Of a stretch of DNA of 64,000 nucleotides, positions 35,588-47,195 are shown piece after piece. A program made the position numbers and the translations under genes. Numbering within the stretch: the first letter of the stretch is position 1; each line of letters starts with the position of its first letter. The notes below the pieces were generated by a model. That model was not told the origin of the DNA. It did no database searches and saw only the letters and a list, made by a program, of their open reading frames with translations. The DNA lies in the NCBI GenBank assembly GCA_963815655.1, contig CAWFHK010000001.1:1697201-1761200 (forward strand). The letters run 5' to 3'. The stretch comes from an uncultured Acidobacteriota bacterium. Its GTDB lineage: Bacteria > Acidobacteriota > Thermoanaerobaculia > UBA5066 > Gp7-AA6.

Positions 35588-35832
35588 CATGGCCTTCGTC
35601 GCGCTCAACGCGCCGTAGGGGCGGCCCTTGCGGCCGCCCGCCTCCGCCGACTTCGCCACGACGGAAAGACCGCAACCACTCGTTGAACGCCGCGCTTCAA
35701 CACGACGTGTCCCCCGGCGCCGTCGGCGCGAGGGCACGGTCGCCGGCACCGGGGCGCCGCGAAATACGTCGCAGTCTCGCACGGCGGGGCGCGACGGGAA
35801 GAGGCGGACGGGCGCAAGGCCCGCCCCTACGG
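35588..35832. repeat. REP family C units in inverted orientation bracketing ~150 bp upstream of yajQ
   Basis: 35611-35648 cgccgtaggggcggcccttgcggccgcccgcctccgcc versus 35803-35832 ggcggacgggcgcaaggcccgcccctacgg (reverse complements). Confidence 0.8.
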
Positions 35833-35879
35833 AGAGGGGAGACGACGAGGCAGCCGGGGGCTCGCATAGAATCCCGCCC

Positions 35880-36377
35880 ATGCCGCAGGACTTCTCCTTC
35901 GACGTGGTGAGCCGGGTCGACTTCCAGGAGGTCTCCAACGCCGTCCAGCAGGCCTCCAAGGAGATCGCGACGCGTTTCGATTTTCGCGGGAGCAAGTCGC
36001 GGATCGACTGGGACGATAAAGAGCCGGCGCTCACGCTGACCTCGGAGGACGAGGGCAAGTTGAAGTCCGTCGTGGACATCCTGGAAACCCGGCTCGTCAA
36101 GAGGGGAATCGCCATCAAGGCCCTCGACTTCGGGAAGGTCGAGCCGGCGGCCGGCGCGAGCGTGCGGCAGGTGATCAAGGTGCAGCAGGGGATCCCGTCG
36201 GAAAAGGCCAAGGCGATCGTCAAGACGATCAAGGACCGCAAGCTCAAGGTCCAGGCATCGATCCAGGCCGACCAGGTCCGCGTCTCCGGCCGCAACAAGG
36301 ACGACCTGCAGGCCGTGATGGCGCTGCTGAAAGGGGAGGACTTCGGGCTCCCCCTGCAGTTCACCAACTACCGATGA
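35880..36377 (+). CDS. yajQ: YajQ-family (UPF0234) nucleotide-binding protein
   Basis: 165 aa from ATG 35880: MPQDFSFDVVSRVDFQEVSNAVQQASKEIATRFDFRGS is the typical YajQ N-terminus. Confidence 0.88.
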   Translation: MPQDFSFDVVSRVDFQEVSNAVQQASKEIATRFDFRGSKSRIDWDDKEPALTLTSEDEGKLKSVVDILETRLVKRGIAIKALDFGKVEPAAGASVRQVIKVQQGIPSEKAKAIVKTIKDRKLKVQASIQADQVRVSGRNKDDLQAVMALLKGEDFGLPLQFTNYR

Positions 36378-37375
36378 AGCTGTCGATGGCGAACCCGCGG
36401 CTCCGCCGGGCCTACGACCTGATCGCGGACAAGCTCGCGAAGGTCGAGGAGGAGCTGCTGCTGCACTTCCGCTCCCCCATCCCGACGATCGACCGGATCG
36501 GGACTTACCTCGCTTCGGGGGGCGGCAAACGGATCCGGCCGGCGCTCCTGCTCCTCTCGGCCCGGCTCCTCGATTACGAAGAGGGGGAACGGGACGTCCG
36601 CTACGCGACTGTCGTCGAGTTCATCCACACGGCGACGCTCGTGCACGACGACATCATCGACGAAGCGCGGCTGCGCCGCGGACGCACGTCCGCCAACGCC
36701 CGGTGGGGAAACAACCTGACGGTCCTCTTCGGCGACTACCTCTACACGAAGTCCATGGGGATCGCGCTTGACGAGGGGGACCTGACGATCCTGAAGGTCC
36801 TCTCCGACACGACCCTCTCGATGATCGAGGGGGAGATCATCGCGATCGAGAAGACGGGAAACATCCACGTCACGCGGGAGGAGGCCCTGGAGATCATCCG
36901 GCGCAAGACCGCCGATCTCTTTTCGGCCGCCTGCAGCCTGCCCGCGCATTTCGCTCCGCGCGGCAATCTCTTCGCGGCCGAGCGGCTGGCCGAGTACGGC
37001 CGCTGCCTCGGCGTCGCCTTCCAGCTGATCGACGACCTGCTGGACTACACGGCGAGCGAGGAGGCGGTCGGGAAACCGGTGCTGAACGATCTGCGCGAAG
37101 GGAAGCTGACCGTGCCGCTGCTCCTGGCCCTTCCCCTGGCCACGGCCGCGGAGCGCGAAAGGGTCGCCACCGTGCTCCGCGAGAGGGAGTTCCGGAGTGT
37201 CGAGCCGGGGGAGATCCTGGCGCTCGTCGAGCGCGCCAACGGCATCGCGGAGACCCGCGCCCTGGCGCGCGATTACGCCGCCGCCGCCCGCGTGGCGCTG
37301 ACGTCGTTCCCGGACTCGGAGGCGAAGGAAGGGCTGTTGCTCGCCACGGAGTCGGTGGTGGATCGGTTGAGCTGA
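36374..37375 (+). CDS. ispB: Long-chain trans-polyprenyl diphosphate synthase
   Basis: 333 aa; two Asp-rich motifs LVHDDIIDEA and FQLIDDLLD. Confidence 0.85.
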   Translation: MKLSMANPRLRRAYDLIADKLAKVEEELLLHFRSPIPTIDRIGTYLASGGGKRIRPALLLLSARLLDYEEGERDVRYATVVEFIHTATLVHDDIIDEARLRRGRTSANARWGNNLTVLFGDYLYTKSMGIALDEGDLTILKVLSDTTLSMIEGEIIAIEKTGNIHVTREEALEIIRRKTADLFSAACSLPAHFAPRGNLFAAERLAEYGRCLGVAFQLIDDLLDYTASEEAVGKPVLNDLREGKLTVPLLLALPLATAAERERVATVLREREFRSVEPGEILALVERANGIAETRALARDYAAAARVALTSFPDSEAKEGLLLATESVVDRLS

Positions 37376-37391
37376 GGGGGAGCCGAAGAGA

Positions 37392-37412
37392 GGTTTCAGG
37401 TTTAAGGTTTCC
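37392..37412. repeat. GTTTCAG-family array (left arm flanking AT-rich island plus TPR gene)
   Basis: ggtttcaggtttaaggtttcc; reverse-complement arm at 37985-38006. Confidence 0.8.
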
Positions 37413-37574
37413 TAAAGAAACAAGGCAATTATGTATATATTCCTAATATAATTAGGATAATTCGCTGATCTTATTGAATTGACATGACAGAATTCGAGTC
37501 TGAGGCTTGCCGTATAAAAGAAGGCAAGTTAGTGGAAAAGCCGAAAGATTTCTTGATTCATTAAGAAACGGGGC
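37413..37574. other. AT-rich island (about one-third G+C by hand count) with a 15-bp palindrome and small hairpins
   Basis: caaggcaattatgtatatattcctaatataattaggataattcgctgatcttattgaattgacatg... Palindrome CCTAAT-ata-ATTAGG at 37442-37456. Hairpins cttgcc(N11)ggcaag and tttctt(N8)aagaaa. Confidence 0.8.
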
Positions 37575-37580
37575 TATACT
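37553..37580 (+). promoter_or_regulatory. Candidate sigma-70 promoter TTGATT-N16-TATACT, 7 nt upstream of ATG 37588 (would give a leaderless mRNA)
   Basis: ttgatt (37553-37558), 16-nt spacer, tatact (37575-37580), then cggggca ATG. No SD-like sequence before the ATG. Confidence 0.4.
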
Positions 37581-37587
37581 CGGGGCA

Positions 37588-37989
37588 ATGAGACTGGCTG
37601 CCTGGAACAGTCTGGCAACCACCTTCAAGCACCTCTCTTCCCTTCTCCCGGCCCGCGAGGACTCCGAGGAAGAGGCCCGTCTCTACTACCGCCGCGCTTG
37701 TCTCGCCGCCACCGAGGAGAGGTACGACGTGGCGCTCATCTTCTGCGCCAAGGCGGTGGATCTGGATCCGGATGACCTGGCGACCCGGCTTCTCATCGCG
37801 CAGATCCACGACTACGGCCTGCACGACTTGAACGCCGCCGTGGCCGCCTATCGAAAGGTCATCGCCCTGGCCGCCTACGACAACGAGAATCCCTACCGCG
37901 CGGCCGCCGGCGAGGCGCTGGACAACCTCCTGAGAGACCGACAGGTCCCCATCAAGACGTCCGTCCTGACAGTGGTTCCGGGTTCCTGA
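37588..37989 (+). CDS. Small TPR-like hypothetical protein
   Basis: 133 aa from ATG 37588 (MRLAAWNSLATTFKH...). YYRRACLAATEERYDVALIFCAKAVDLDPDD resembles a TPR unit. The track's TTG start at 37507 lies in the AT-rich island and looks unlikely. Confidence 0.55.
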   Translation: MRLAAWNSLATTFKHLSSLLPAREDSEEEARLYYRRACLAATEERYDVALIFCAKAVDLDPDDLATRLLIAQIHDYGLHDLNAAVAAYRKVIALAAYDNENPYRAAAGEALDNLLRDRQVPIKTSVLTVVPGS

Positions 37990-38006
37990 AACCTGAAACC
38001 CGAAAC
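37985..38006. repeat. CTGAAAC-family array (right arm), overlapping the TPR gene stop
   Basis: cctgaaacctgaaacccgaaac. Confidence 0.8.
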
Positions 38007-38021
38007 TCCCAGGCCGCTCCG

Positions 38022-38591
38022 TCACTCCCTCGGATACCCCCACGGGTACATCGGCGGCTTGCCCCAGACTCCCGCCGGGGAACCTCCACCGCGCGAGAGG
38101 ACCGCCTGCGACAGGCTCACGCGCCACCTCCCGTCCGACACGACGCTTCGCACCCCCGGCAGGTCGAGACAGAAGAGGACGCCCCCGGCGCCCGTCGGGC
38201 TCTCGGCCTCGATCACCGCGCGGTTGAGACCGGTCACGAGGACAGGCGCGACCTCGAGGACTTTCAGGCGGCTGCCCGGCCGCTGCTCGGAAGCGGGGAA
38301 CCTCGTTCCGTTCAGGATCAGGGAGCCGCGACGGTCCACGAAGAGCTTCGCCTTTGCGGAAACGGGTACGGTCTCCAGCCGGAAGTCGCGTTCGGCATAG
38401 AAGCGCAGCGGCCCGGGCTGCTTGATGTCCAGCCGGAACCAGATCCAGCGGGCCGCGCCGGTCACGAGCGCGCCTTCGCGCGAGCTCCCGGCCCGGGCGA
38501 GGACGACGGCCGCCGCGACGACCAGGAGAGCGATCAGGACGGGCGCCGCGCGAATCGAACGAAGAACGGGAGGCCGGTTTTCTTGACGCAA
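38022..38591 (-). CDS. Hypothetical membrane-anchored protein (single N-terminal TM, beta-rich ectodomain)
   Basis: 189 aa, TTG start; AAPVLIALLVVAAAVVLA anchor; ARWIWFRLD...FYAERDFRL...LFVDRRGSLILNG suggests a beta-sandwich-like domain. No family recognised. Confidence 0.5.
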   Translation of the reverse strand: MRQENRPPVLRSIRAAPVLIALLVVAAAVVLARAGSSREGALVTGAARWIWFRLDIKQPGPLRFYAERDFRLETVPVSAKAKLFVDRRGSLILNGTRFPASEQRPGSRLKVLEVAPVLVTGLNRAVIEAESPTGAGGVLFCLDLPGVRSVVSDGRWRVSLSQAVLSRGGGSPAGVWGKPPMYPWGYPRE

Positions 38592-38626
38592 TGCGCCGCG
38601 CAGGATACACTCTTCATCCCGACGTC

Positions 38627-41846
<3,220 letters not shown>

Positions 41847-41878
41847 GGGAACGCGGCTGAGCGAGGTTTCCAGGTAAT

Positions 41879-41946
41879 CGGTTTTCAGTATTCGGTGATC
41901 GCGAAGTGCCCCGGCCCGCACACCGCACACCGAATACCCGAAAAAC
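41879..41946. terminator. Inverted micro-array hairpin (CGGTGTT/AACACCG family) between convergent kdsA and the GGDEF gene
   Basis: cggttttcagtattcggtgatcgcg ... cacaccgcacaccgaatacccgaaaaac; terminator role inferred from position only. Confidence 0.4.
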
Positions 41947-42006
41947 AAACCGGGACGGAATCTCCAGAATCCGCCAGGAGCCCCTGAAGACTAAGAGCCT
42001 GCGCCC

Positions 42007-43641
42007 CTATCCGGCGGCGCCGGCCACGCGGTTCCTTCCCCGGGACTTGGCGTCGTAGAGGGCGGCATCGGCGCGCTCGCGCCAGAGACCGGCATCCATG
42101 CTGGGATCGAGGACCGCGACGCCGGCGGAAAAAGTCGCGTGAAAAACGGATCCGTCGGCCGCGGCCTGATCGAGAGAGGCGAACTCCTCGCGGATCCGCT
42201 CGAGGAGGCGCACGGCCTGGTTCTCGCCGATGTTCTCGATGATCGCCGCGAACTCGTCGCCGCCGAGCCGCCCGACGTGGTCGGACTGGCGAAGGCGCCG
42301 GCGCAGGAGTCCCGCGAGCGAGGAGAGCACCGTGTCGCCGACGGGATGGCCGTACTTGTCGTTGAGCGTCTTGAAACCGTCCAGGTCGAGGATCACCATG
42401 GCCACCGGCTTGCCGGGGTTGCGCGTCTTCTCCGCGATCGCGGCCCGCGCCCGCTCCAGGAAGGCCGTGTGCGTCAGGAGGCGGGTCAGCCCGTCCCTCT
42501 CGAGCAGGTTGCGCAGGAAGCGCGCCCTCTCGATCCGAGCGGCCGCCGTCGAAAGAAGGAGCCCGGGCGCCACCGGTTTGACCAGGTAATCATCCCCCCC
42601 CGCTCTCATGGACTCGATCTGGGACTCGACCTGGCTCTTCGTCGTCAGGAAGAGGATGGGCAGGGCCGCGTGCGCCTCCTGCTGCCGGATGTAGCGGGCG
42701 AGGGAATAGCCATCGGCTCCCGGAAGGTGAATGTCCAGCAGGACGAGGTCCGGACGGAAGGCCGACAGGTCGGTCTCGAGGTTCTTCGGGTGGGAACAGA
42801 TCCTCACCTTGTAGCCCGCGGATTCCAGGACGGCGCGGACGAACGCCGCCTGGTCCGGATCGTCCTCGACGGAGAGGACCCGCGGCGGCTCCGTGCGGCC
42901 CCGCTCCAGCAGGTGCTCGAGCCGGCGCATCAGCGCTTCTACGCGCACCGGCTTGTCGAAATACCCGTCGGCGCCGCAGTGGATCGCGTCCACGCGGTTG
43001 ACGAAAGCCGAGGGGCCGCCCACCATCAGGATCGCCAGGGACTCTCCCGCCGGCAGGCCCCGGGCGTGCTCCACGAGCTGAGACCCGGACCCGTCCGGCA
43101 GCCGGACATCGACGATCAGCCCGTCCGGCATCCGCCGCGACAGCTCCTCCAGCGCCTCTTCGCGGCTGCCCGCCCCGCGGGCGGACATCCCCTCGCGGAC
43201 GGCGACGCCCTGGAGGGAGGCGCGCAGTTCGGGGTCGGGATCGACGATGAGGATGTCGAACGGCAACGGCGCCCGCACCGGGCCGGGCGCCGCCGCTTCC
43301 ACCGCCGGCTCCAGAGCCGGCTCGCCGCGGAGCTCCTGGCGCAGCGACCCGAGAAGCGACCTCCAGCGCTCGGCGTCCCGGGCCCGCGGCGGGACTTTTT
43401 CCTTCAGCAGCGCGTCGCAGAGCCGCTCTCCTTCGCTCCCGAGCGCGCTGACGCGGGGAAAGCCGTAGGTCGAGCCCGCTCCCGAGAATCCGTGGAACTG
43501 GATCATCAGGTCTCGGAGGGTCCGCTCGTCCGCGGCGTCGGATTGGAGCAGATCGAGGATCTGCTCGATGCGCGCGAGCCTGTCGTCGGAGCCGCGGACG
43601 AAGCGCTCGCGGAGGTCGCGGAGAGCTTCTTCGAACGACAT
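42007..43641 (-). CDS. Hpt-REC-REC-GGDEF protein (phosphorelay-controlled diguanylate cyclase)
   Basis: 544 aa. Hpt-like FHGFSGAGSTYGF. Two receiver domains (ILIVDPD...DVRLPDGSG; VLSVEDD...LLDIHLPGADG...K). GGDEFAAI active site. Confidence 0.88.
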   Translation of the reverse strand: MSFEEALRDLRERFVRGSDDRLARIEQILDLLQSDAADERTLRDLMIQFHGFSGAGSTYGFPRVSALGSEGERLCDALLKEKVPPRARDAERWRSLLGSLRQELRGEPALEPAVEAAAPGPVRAPLPFDILIVDPDPELRASLQGVAVREGMSARGAGSREEALEELSRRMPDGLIVDVRLPDGSGSQLVEHARGLPAGESLAILMVGGPSAFVNRVDAIHCGADGYFDKPVRVEALMRRLEHLLERGRTEPPRVLSVEDDPDQAAFVRAVLESAGYKVRICSHPKNLETDLSAFRPDLVLLDIHLPGADGYSLARYIRQQEAHAALPILFLTTKSQVESQIESMRAGGDDYLVKPVAPGLLLSTAAARIERARFLRNLLERDGLTRLLTHTAFLERARAAIAEKTRNPGKPVAMVILDLDGFKTLNDKYGHPVGDTVLSSLAGLLRRRLRQSDHVGRLGGDEFAAIIENIGENQAVRLLERIREEFASLDQAAADGSVFHATFSAGVAVLDPSMDAGLWRERADAALYDAKSRGRNRVAGAAG

Positions 43642-43769
43642 CTCAGTCCGGGGAGTTCACCGACGACTCCAGACGCGCGCGGATCCGGGCCCGCGGGAAG
43701 CGCGGTTTCTCATGCCGGGGACCTTGGAGTCCGGGACGGGGCTTCGCAATGAGGAGTCTGCATCATTCT

Positions 43770-44147
43770 TCATCCGTTCCGGCCCGCTTCCAGCAGATCC
43801 CGAAGCAGGCGCGGCAGGGCCATCGGGTCGAAGGGCTTGATGAGAACGCCGCTCGCCCCCTGGCTCTTCAGGCGCTCCACCTCGGAGGACATCGCCTTGG
43901 CCGTCAGGAAAACGACGGGAATCTCCGAGGTTTCCGGATCCCCTCGAAGCTCCCGGAACGTTGCCAGGCCGTCCATGCCGGGCATCATCATGTCGAGCAG
44001 GATGACGTCGGGACGCTCCTCGCGCGCCTTGCGAATCCCCTCGGCCCCGCTGTTGGCCTGCGCGACCTCCATCCCGCCGACCTTCGAGAGCGACAGCGCC
44101 GCGATCCCGCGGATGTCGTCTTCATCGTCCACGAGCAGGACCTTCAT
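43770..44147 (-). CDS. Single-domain CheY-like response regulator
   Basis: 125 aa from ATG 44145-44147: MKVLLVDDEDD...ILLDMMMPGMDG...VVFLTAK. ATGA overlap with the kinase stop. The rest of track ORF 43770-46475 is an alternate frame of the kinase gene. Confidence 0.88.
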   Translation of the reverse strand: MKVLLVDDEDDIRGIAALSLSKVGGMEVAQANSGAEGIRKAREERPDVILLDMMMPGMDGLATFRELRGDPETSEIPVVFLTAKAMSSEVERLKSQGASGVLIKPFDPMALPRLLRDLLEAGRNG

Positions 44148-47100
44148 GCCCTGGCAACCGCCGCGGCCGCCGCGCCGGCCATCTCCCGCACCACCGTCAG
44201 GAATTCCTCGTCGGTGGAGCGCGTCTTCGTCAGGAACCTCGTCGGGCCGAGCTTCAACCTCTCCCGCTGCAGCGACGTGAGGTCGTGAACCGTGTAGACC
44301 AGGACCGGAAGCCTGGAGAGACGCGGCTCCTGCCGGAGCGCGTCGATGACGTCGAACCCGTCCCCCCGCGGGAGCGACACGTCGAGCACGAGCAGGCTCG
44401 GAGCCCGGACGCGCGTCAGCGCGATCGCCTGCTCTCCCGTCATGGCGCGCCGCACGAAGAACCCCGCCTGCAGGAGCTGCCTTTCCATCACGTTGAGCAG
44501 GGCCGCGTCGTCTTCCACGATCAGCACTTCGGGCCCACCGGCGGGCGACGGCAGGGGCGCCGCCGGCAGCGCCGTGTCCGGCTTGACGGCCCGGGAGGAA
44601 TCCGGAAGCCGGAACCAGAACTCGCTCCCCTTCCCCTCCTCGCTCTCGACGCCGATGGAGCCGCCATGCTGCTCGATGATCGCCTTGCAGATCGCGAGGC
44701 CCAGCCCCGACCCCCCCTTCTGCCGGGCGTCGGAGGCCTCGACCTGGCGGAAGCGCTCGAAGATCGCCGCGCGGAAGGAGGAGGGGATGCCCCGCCCCTC
44801 GTCGCGAACGCGCACCAGCGCGCACCCCTCCTCCCGGGAGGCGGAGAGGTGGACGGTGCTCCCCCGCGGCGAGAACTTCACGGCGTTGGACAGGAGGTTG
44901 ACGAGGACCTGCACGAGCCGGTCGCCGTCGCCCCAGATCTGCGCGTCCGTCGAAGAGATTTCGAGAGTCACGCCCTCCTGATCCGCGAAGCTGCGAACGG
45001 CCTCGAGCGAGCGCGTGAAAACGGAATCGAGAGCGATCGTTTCGCAGTTCATCTCGATCCGGCCCGTGTCGTACCTCTCCAGGTCCAGGATGTCGTTGAT
45101 CAGCCGGACCAGGCGGACGACGTTGCGCTCGGCGACCGCCATGACCTCGGCGGCCTGCGGGGGGAGTTCTCCGAGGACGCCTCCGGCGAGCAGGCCCAGG
45201 GAGCCCCGTATCGAGGTCAGCGGGGTGCGCAATTCGTGGCTCACGGTCGAGACGAACTCCTTCTTCAAGCGCTCGACCTCGCGCCTCTCCGAGATGTCGC
45301 GGATGCTGCCGCCGAGCCGGCGCCCCTCCGGGGTCTGGAACTCGAAGAGCGCCAGCTCGAACGGGAAGACCTCGCCGTTTTTCCGGCGCCCTTCCCATTC
45401 CGTGATGCGGCCGAGGGAGCGCCGCGCCGCTTCCTTGAGGAAGAGGAGCGGGTCCTTCTTCACGGATTCCGGAACGAGCAGCGAGAGAGGTCGCCCCACG
45501 AGCTCCTCTGCCGTGTAGCCGAAGATCCGCCCGGCGGCCGGGTTCATCGCGCGGACGACGCTCTTCCCGTCCACGATGATAAGCGCCTCCATCATGTTGT
45601 CCACGACGGCCCGGGTGAGGGCCTCGCTCGCGCGCAGGGCCTGGGAAGCGCGCGCCCGGTCGATTCCCAGCGCGATCTCGTCGGCCACCGAAGCGAGCGC
45701 GTCGAGCGCCGTCTCCGTCAGGGGGCGCGTCGCGAACATGGCCATGACCCCGACGAGGCGGTCCTCCACCACGAGCGGGTATCCCGCGAAGGCGGACATG
45801 CCCTCCCGGCGCGCCCAGTCCTTGTCGTCCTCGCGCTCCTCTCCCGTCCTCAGGTCGAGCAGGGCCGGCCGGCGGTCCCGCGCGATCGCCCCGATCCGAA
45901 ACTCGCCGACCGGAATGCGCGCATCCTGCCCGAAGAGAGGCCGGCGGGCCCAAGCGCTCCCCTGCAACTCGAGGACGTCGTCGTTCTCCGCCAGCGTCCA
46001 GAGCGAGGCGGTCGCCGCTCCGAGATGGCGGACCATCGCCTCGGCGCACAGCCCGAGGGCCTTCGGCAGCGTCTCGGCCTTGGTCAGGGCCGCTCCCACG
46101 GCGGCCCCGAACACCGCCTGGTCCGTCCGCTCGACCAGTTCCGTTTCCGTCTTCTTCCGCTCCGCGATGTCGCGGAAGGCGATCACGGCGCCCACGATCC
46201 GGCCGTCGCGCCGGAAGGGGGACGAGACGTACTCCACCGCGAAGACCGTCCCGTCGCGGCGCGTGAACACGTCGTCCGTGCCGTGGAATCGCTCGCCCGT
46301 GTCGAGGACGCCGAGAAGGGGGCAGTCGGAAGCCGGGAGCGCGGTCCCGTGGGGCGTCTGGGAATGGATCGCGCCGTGCACGTCGCTGCCCAGGAGGTCC
46401 TCTTCCTTCCAGCCGAGCATGGCCTGGGCGGCGGGGTTCATGAAGGTCAGGTGGCCTTCGCGGTCGAGCGCGCAAACGCCCTCCCCGAGGTTGTCGGTGA
46501 TGGCCGCCGTGAAGGAGAGCTGCTCGCGCATCCGCTCGGCGATGCGGAGCCTGTCGGCCGCGTCCCGGCTCATCGCCTGGTAGAGGGCGAAGAGGAGCGC
46601 GAACTGGAGGAGCGCTCCCGCCGCGAGGATGAACATCGTGGAGCGGACTCGCGATTCGGCCTCGGCGGTCCGGAACGCCAGGAGCTCCTGCTCCTCCCGT
46701 TCGATGCCGTTCAGCTCGCGCTGGATCTCGCCGGTCATCCCGCTCGCCTCGACTGAGAAGAGCATGGCCCGCGCCGCGTCCCGGCCCTGCTCCTTCAGCT
46801 GCGCGATCGCCCGGGCGTTCCAGTCGAGCTTCTGGTCGATCCGGGACTCGAGGAGGCGGAGGCGGCCGCGGTGCCCTAGCTCCGCCGCTGTCAGAGCCGC
46901 GATGCGGACCATCTGGGGATGGACCCGGCGCACCGCCGCGGCGTAGGGCTCGAGGAACTTCGGCTCCGCCGTCAGGATCGCGCCGCGCAGAGCGGACTCG
47001 GTTTCCTGCAGGAGCGCGCGTGTCGTCCGCAGCTCCGTCAGGACCTCCTGCGTGTAGGCGACGCTCCGGCTCCCGAGGATCAGGCGCTGGGTGCTGCGCG

Positions 47101-47185
47101 ACACGATGAACATCGCGGCCGCGAGGACGCCGAAGGCGAGCGCGAACCCGGCGACGACTCTCCCCTTCAACGACCGCGCCCTCAT
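44144..47185 (-). CDS. Hybrid sensor histidine kinase (CHASE3-TM-PAS-GAF-PAS-HisKA-HATPase-REC)
   Basis: 1013 aa. CHASE3-like N-terminus (VAYTQEVLTELRTTRALLQETESALRGAILTAEPKFLEPY). H-box VSHELRTPLTSI, N/G boxes NLLSNAVKF and GSGLGLAI. C-terminal receiver VLIVEDD...VLDVSLPRGDG. Confidence 0.9.
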   Translation of the reverse strand: MRARSLKGRVVAGFALAFGVLAAAMFIVSRSTQRLILGSRSVAYTQEVLTELRTTRALLQETESALRGAILTAEPKFLEPYAAAVRRVHPQMVRIAALTAAELGHRGRLRLLESRIDQKLDWNARAIAQLKEQGRDAARAMLFSVEASGMTGEIQRELNGIEREEQELLAFRTAEAESRVRSTMFILAAGALLQFALLFALYQAMSRDAADRLRIAERMREQLSFTAAITDNLGEGVCALDREGHLTFMNPAAQAMLGWKEEDLLGSDVHGAIHSQTPHGTALPASDCPLLGVLDTGERFHGTDDVFTRRDGTVFAVEYVSSPFRRDGRIVGAVIAFRDIAERKKTETELVERTDQAVFGAAVGAALTKAETLPKALGLCAEAMVRHLGAATASLWTLAENDDVLELQGSAWARRPLFGQDARIPVGEFRIGAIARDRRPALLDLRTGEEREDDKDWARREGMSAFAGYPLVVEDRLVGVMAMFATRPLTETALDALASVADEIALGIDRARASQALRASEALTRAVVDNMMEALIIVDGKSVVRAMNPAAGRIFGYTAEELVGRPLSLLVPESVKKDPLLFLKEAARRSLGRITEWEGRRKNGEVFPFELALFEFQTPEGRRLGGSIRDISERREVERLKKEFVSTVSHELRTPLTSIRGSLGLLAGGVLGELPPQAAEVMAVAERNVVRLVRLINDILDLERYDTGRIEMNCETIALDSVFTRSLEAVRSFADQEGVTLEISSTDAQIWGDGDRLVQVLVNLLSNAVKFSPRGSTVHLSASREEGCALVRVRDEGRGIPSSFRAAIFERFRQVEASDARQKGGSGLGLAICKAIIEQHGGSIGVESEEGKGSEFWFRLPDSSRAVKPDTALPAAPLPSPAGGPEVLIVEDDAALLNVMERQLLQAGFFVRRAMTGEQAIALTRVRAPSLLVLDVSLPRGDGFDVIDALRQEPRLSRLPVLVYTVHDLTSLQRERLKLGPTRFLTKTRSTDEEFLTVVREMAGAAAAAVARA

Positions 47186-47195
47186 CGGCTCGCCG

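Noticed and set aside
37449-37460. DnaA-box-like ttatcctaa (reverse strand) in the AT-rich island, suggesting oriC
   Set aside because: It is a single 7-of-9 match. There is no cluster of boxes and no dnaA, dnaN or gidA context, and the island is only ~160 bp.
44285-46756. 823-aa plus-strand ORF, and the upstream 776 codons of minus ORF 43770-46475
   Set aside because: Both are alternate readings of the hybrid histidine kinase gene (44144-47185, -), which shows H, N and G boxes and PAS/GAF/REC domains. Only the last 125 codons of 43770-46475 (CheY) are real.
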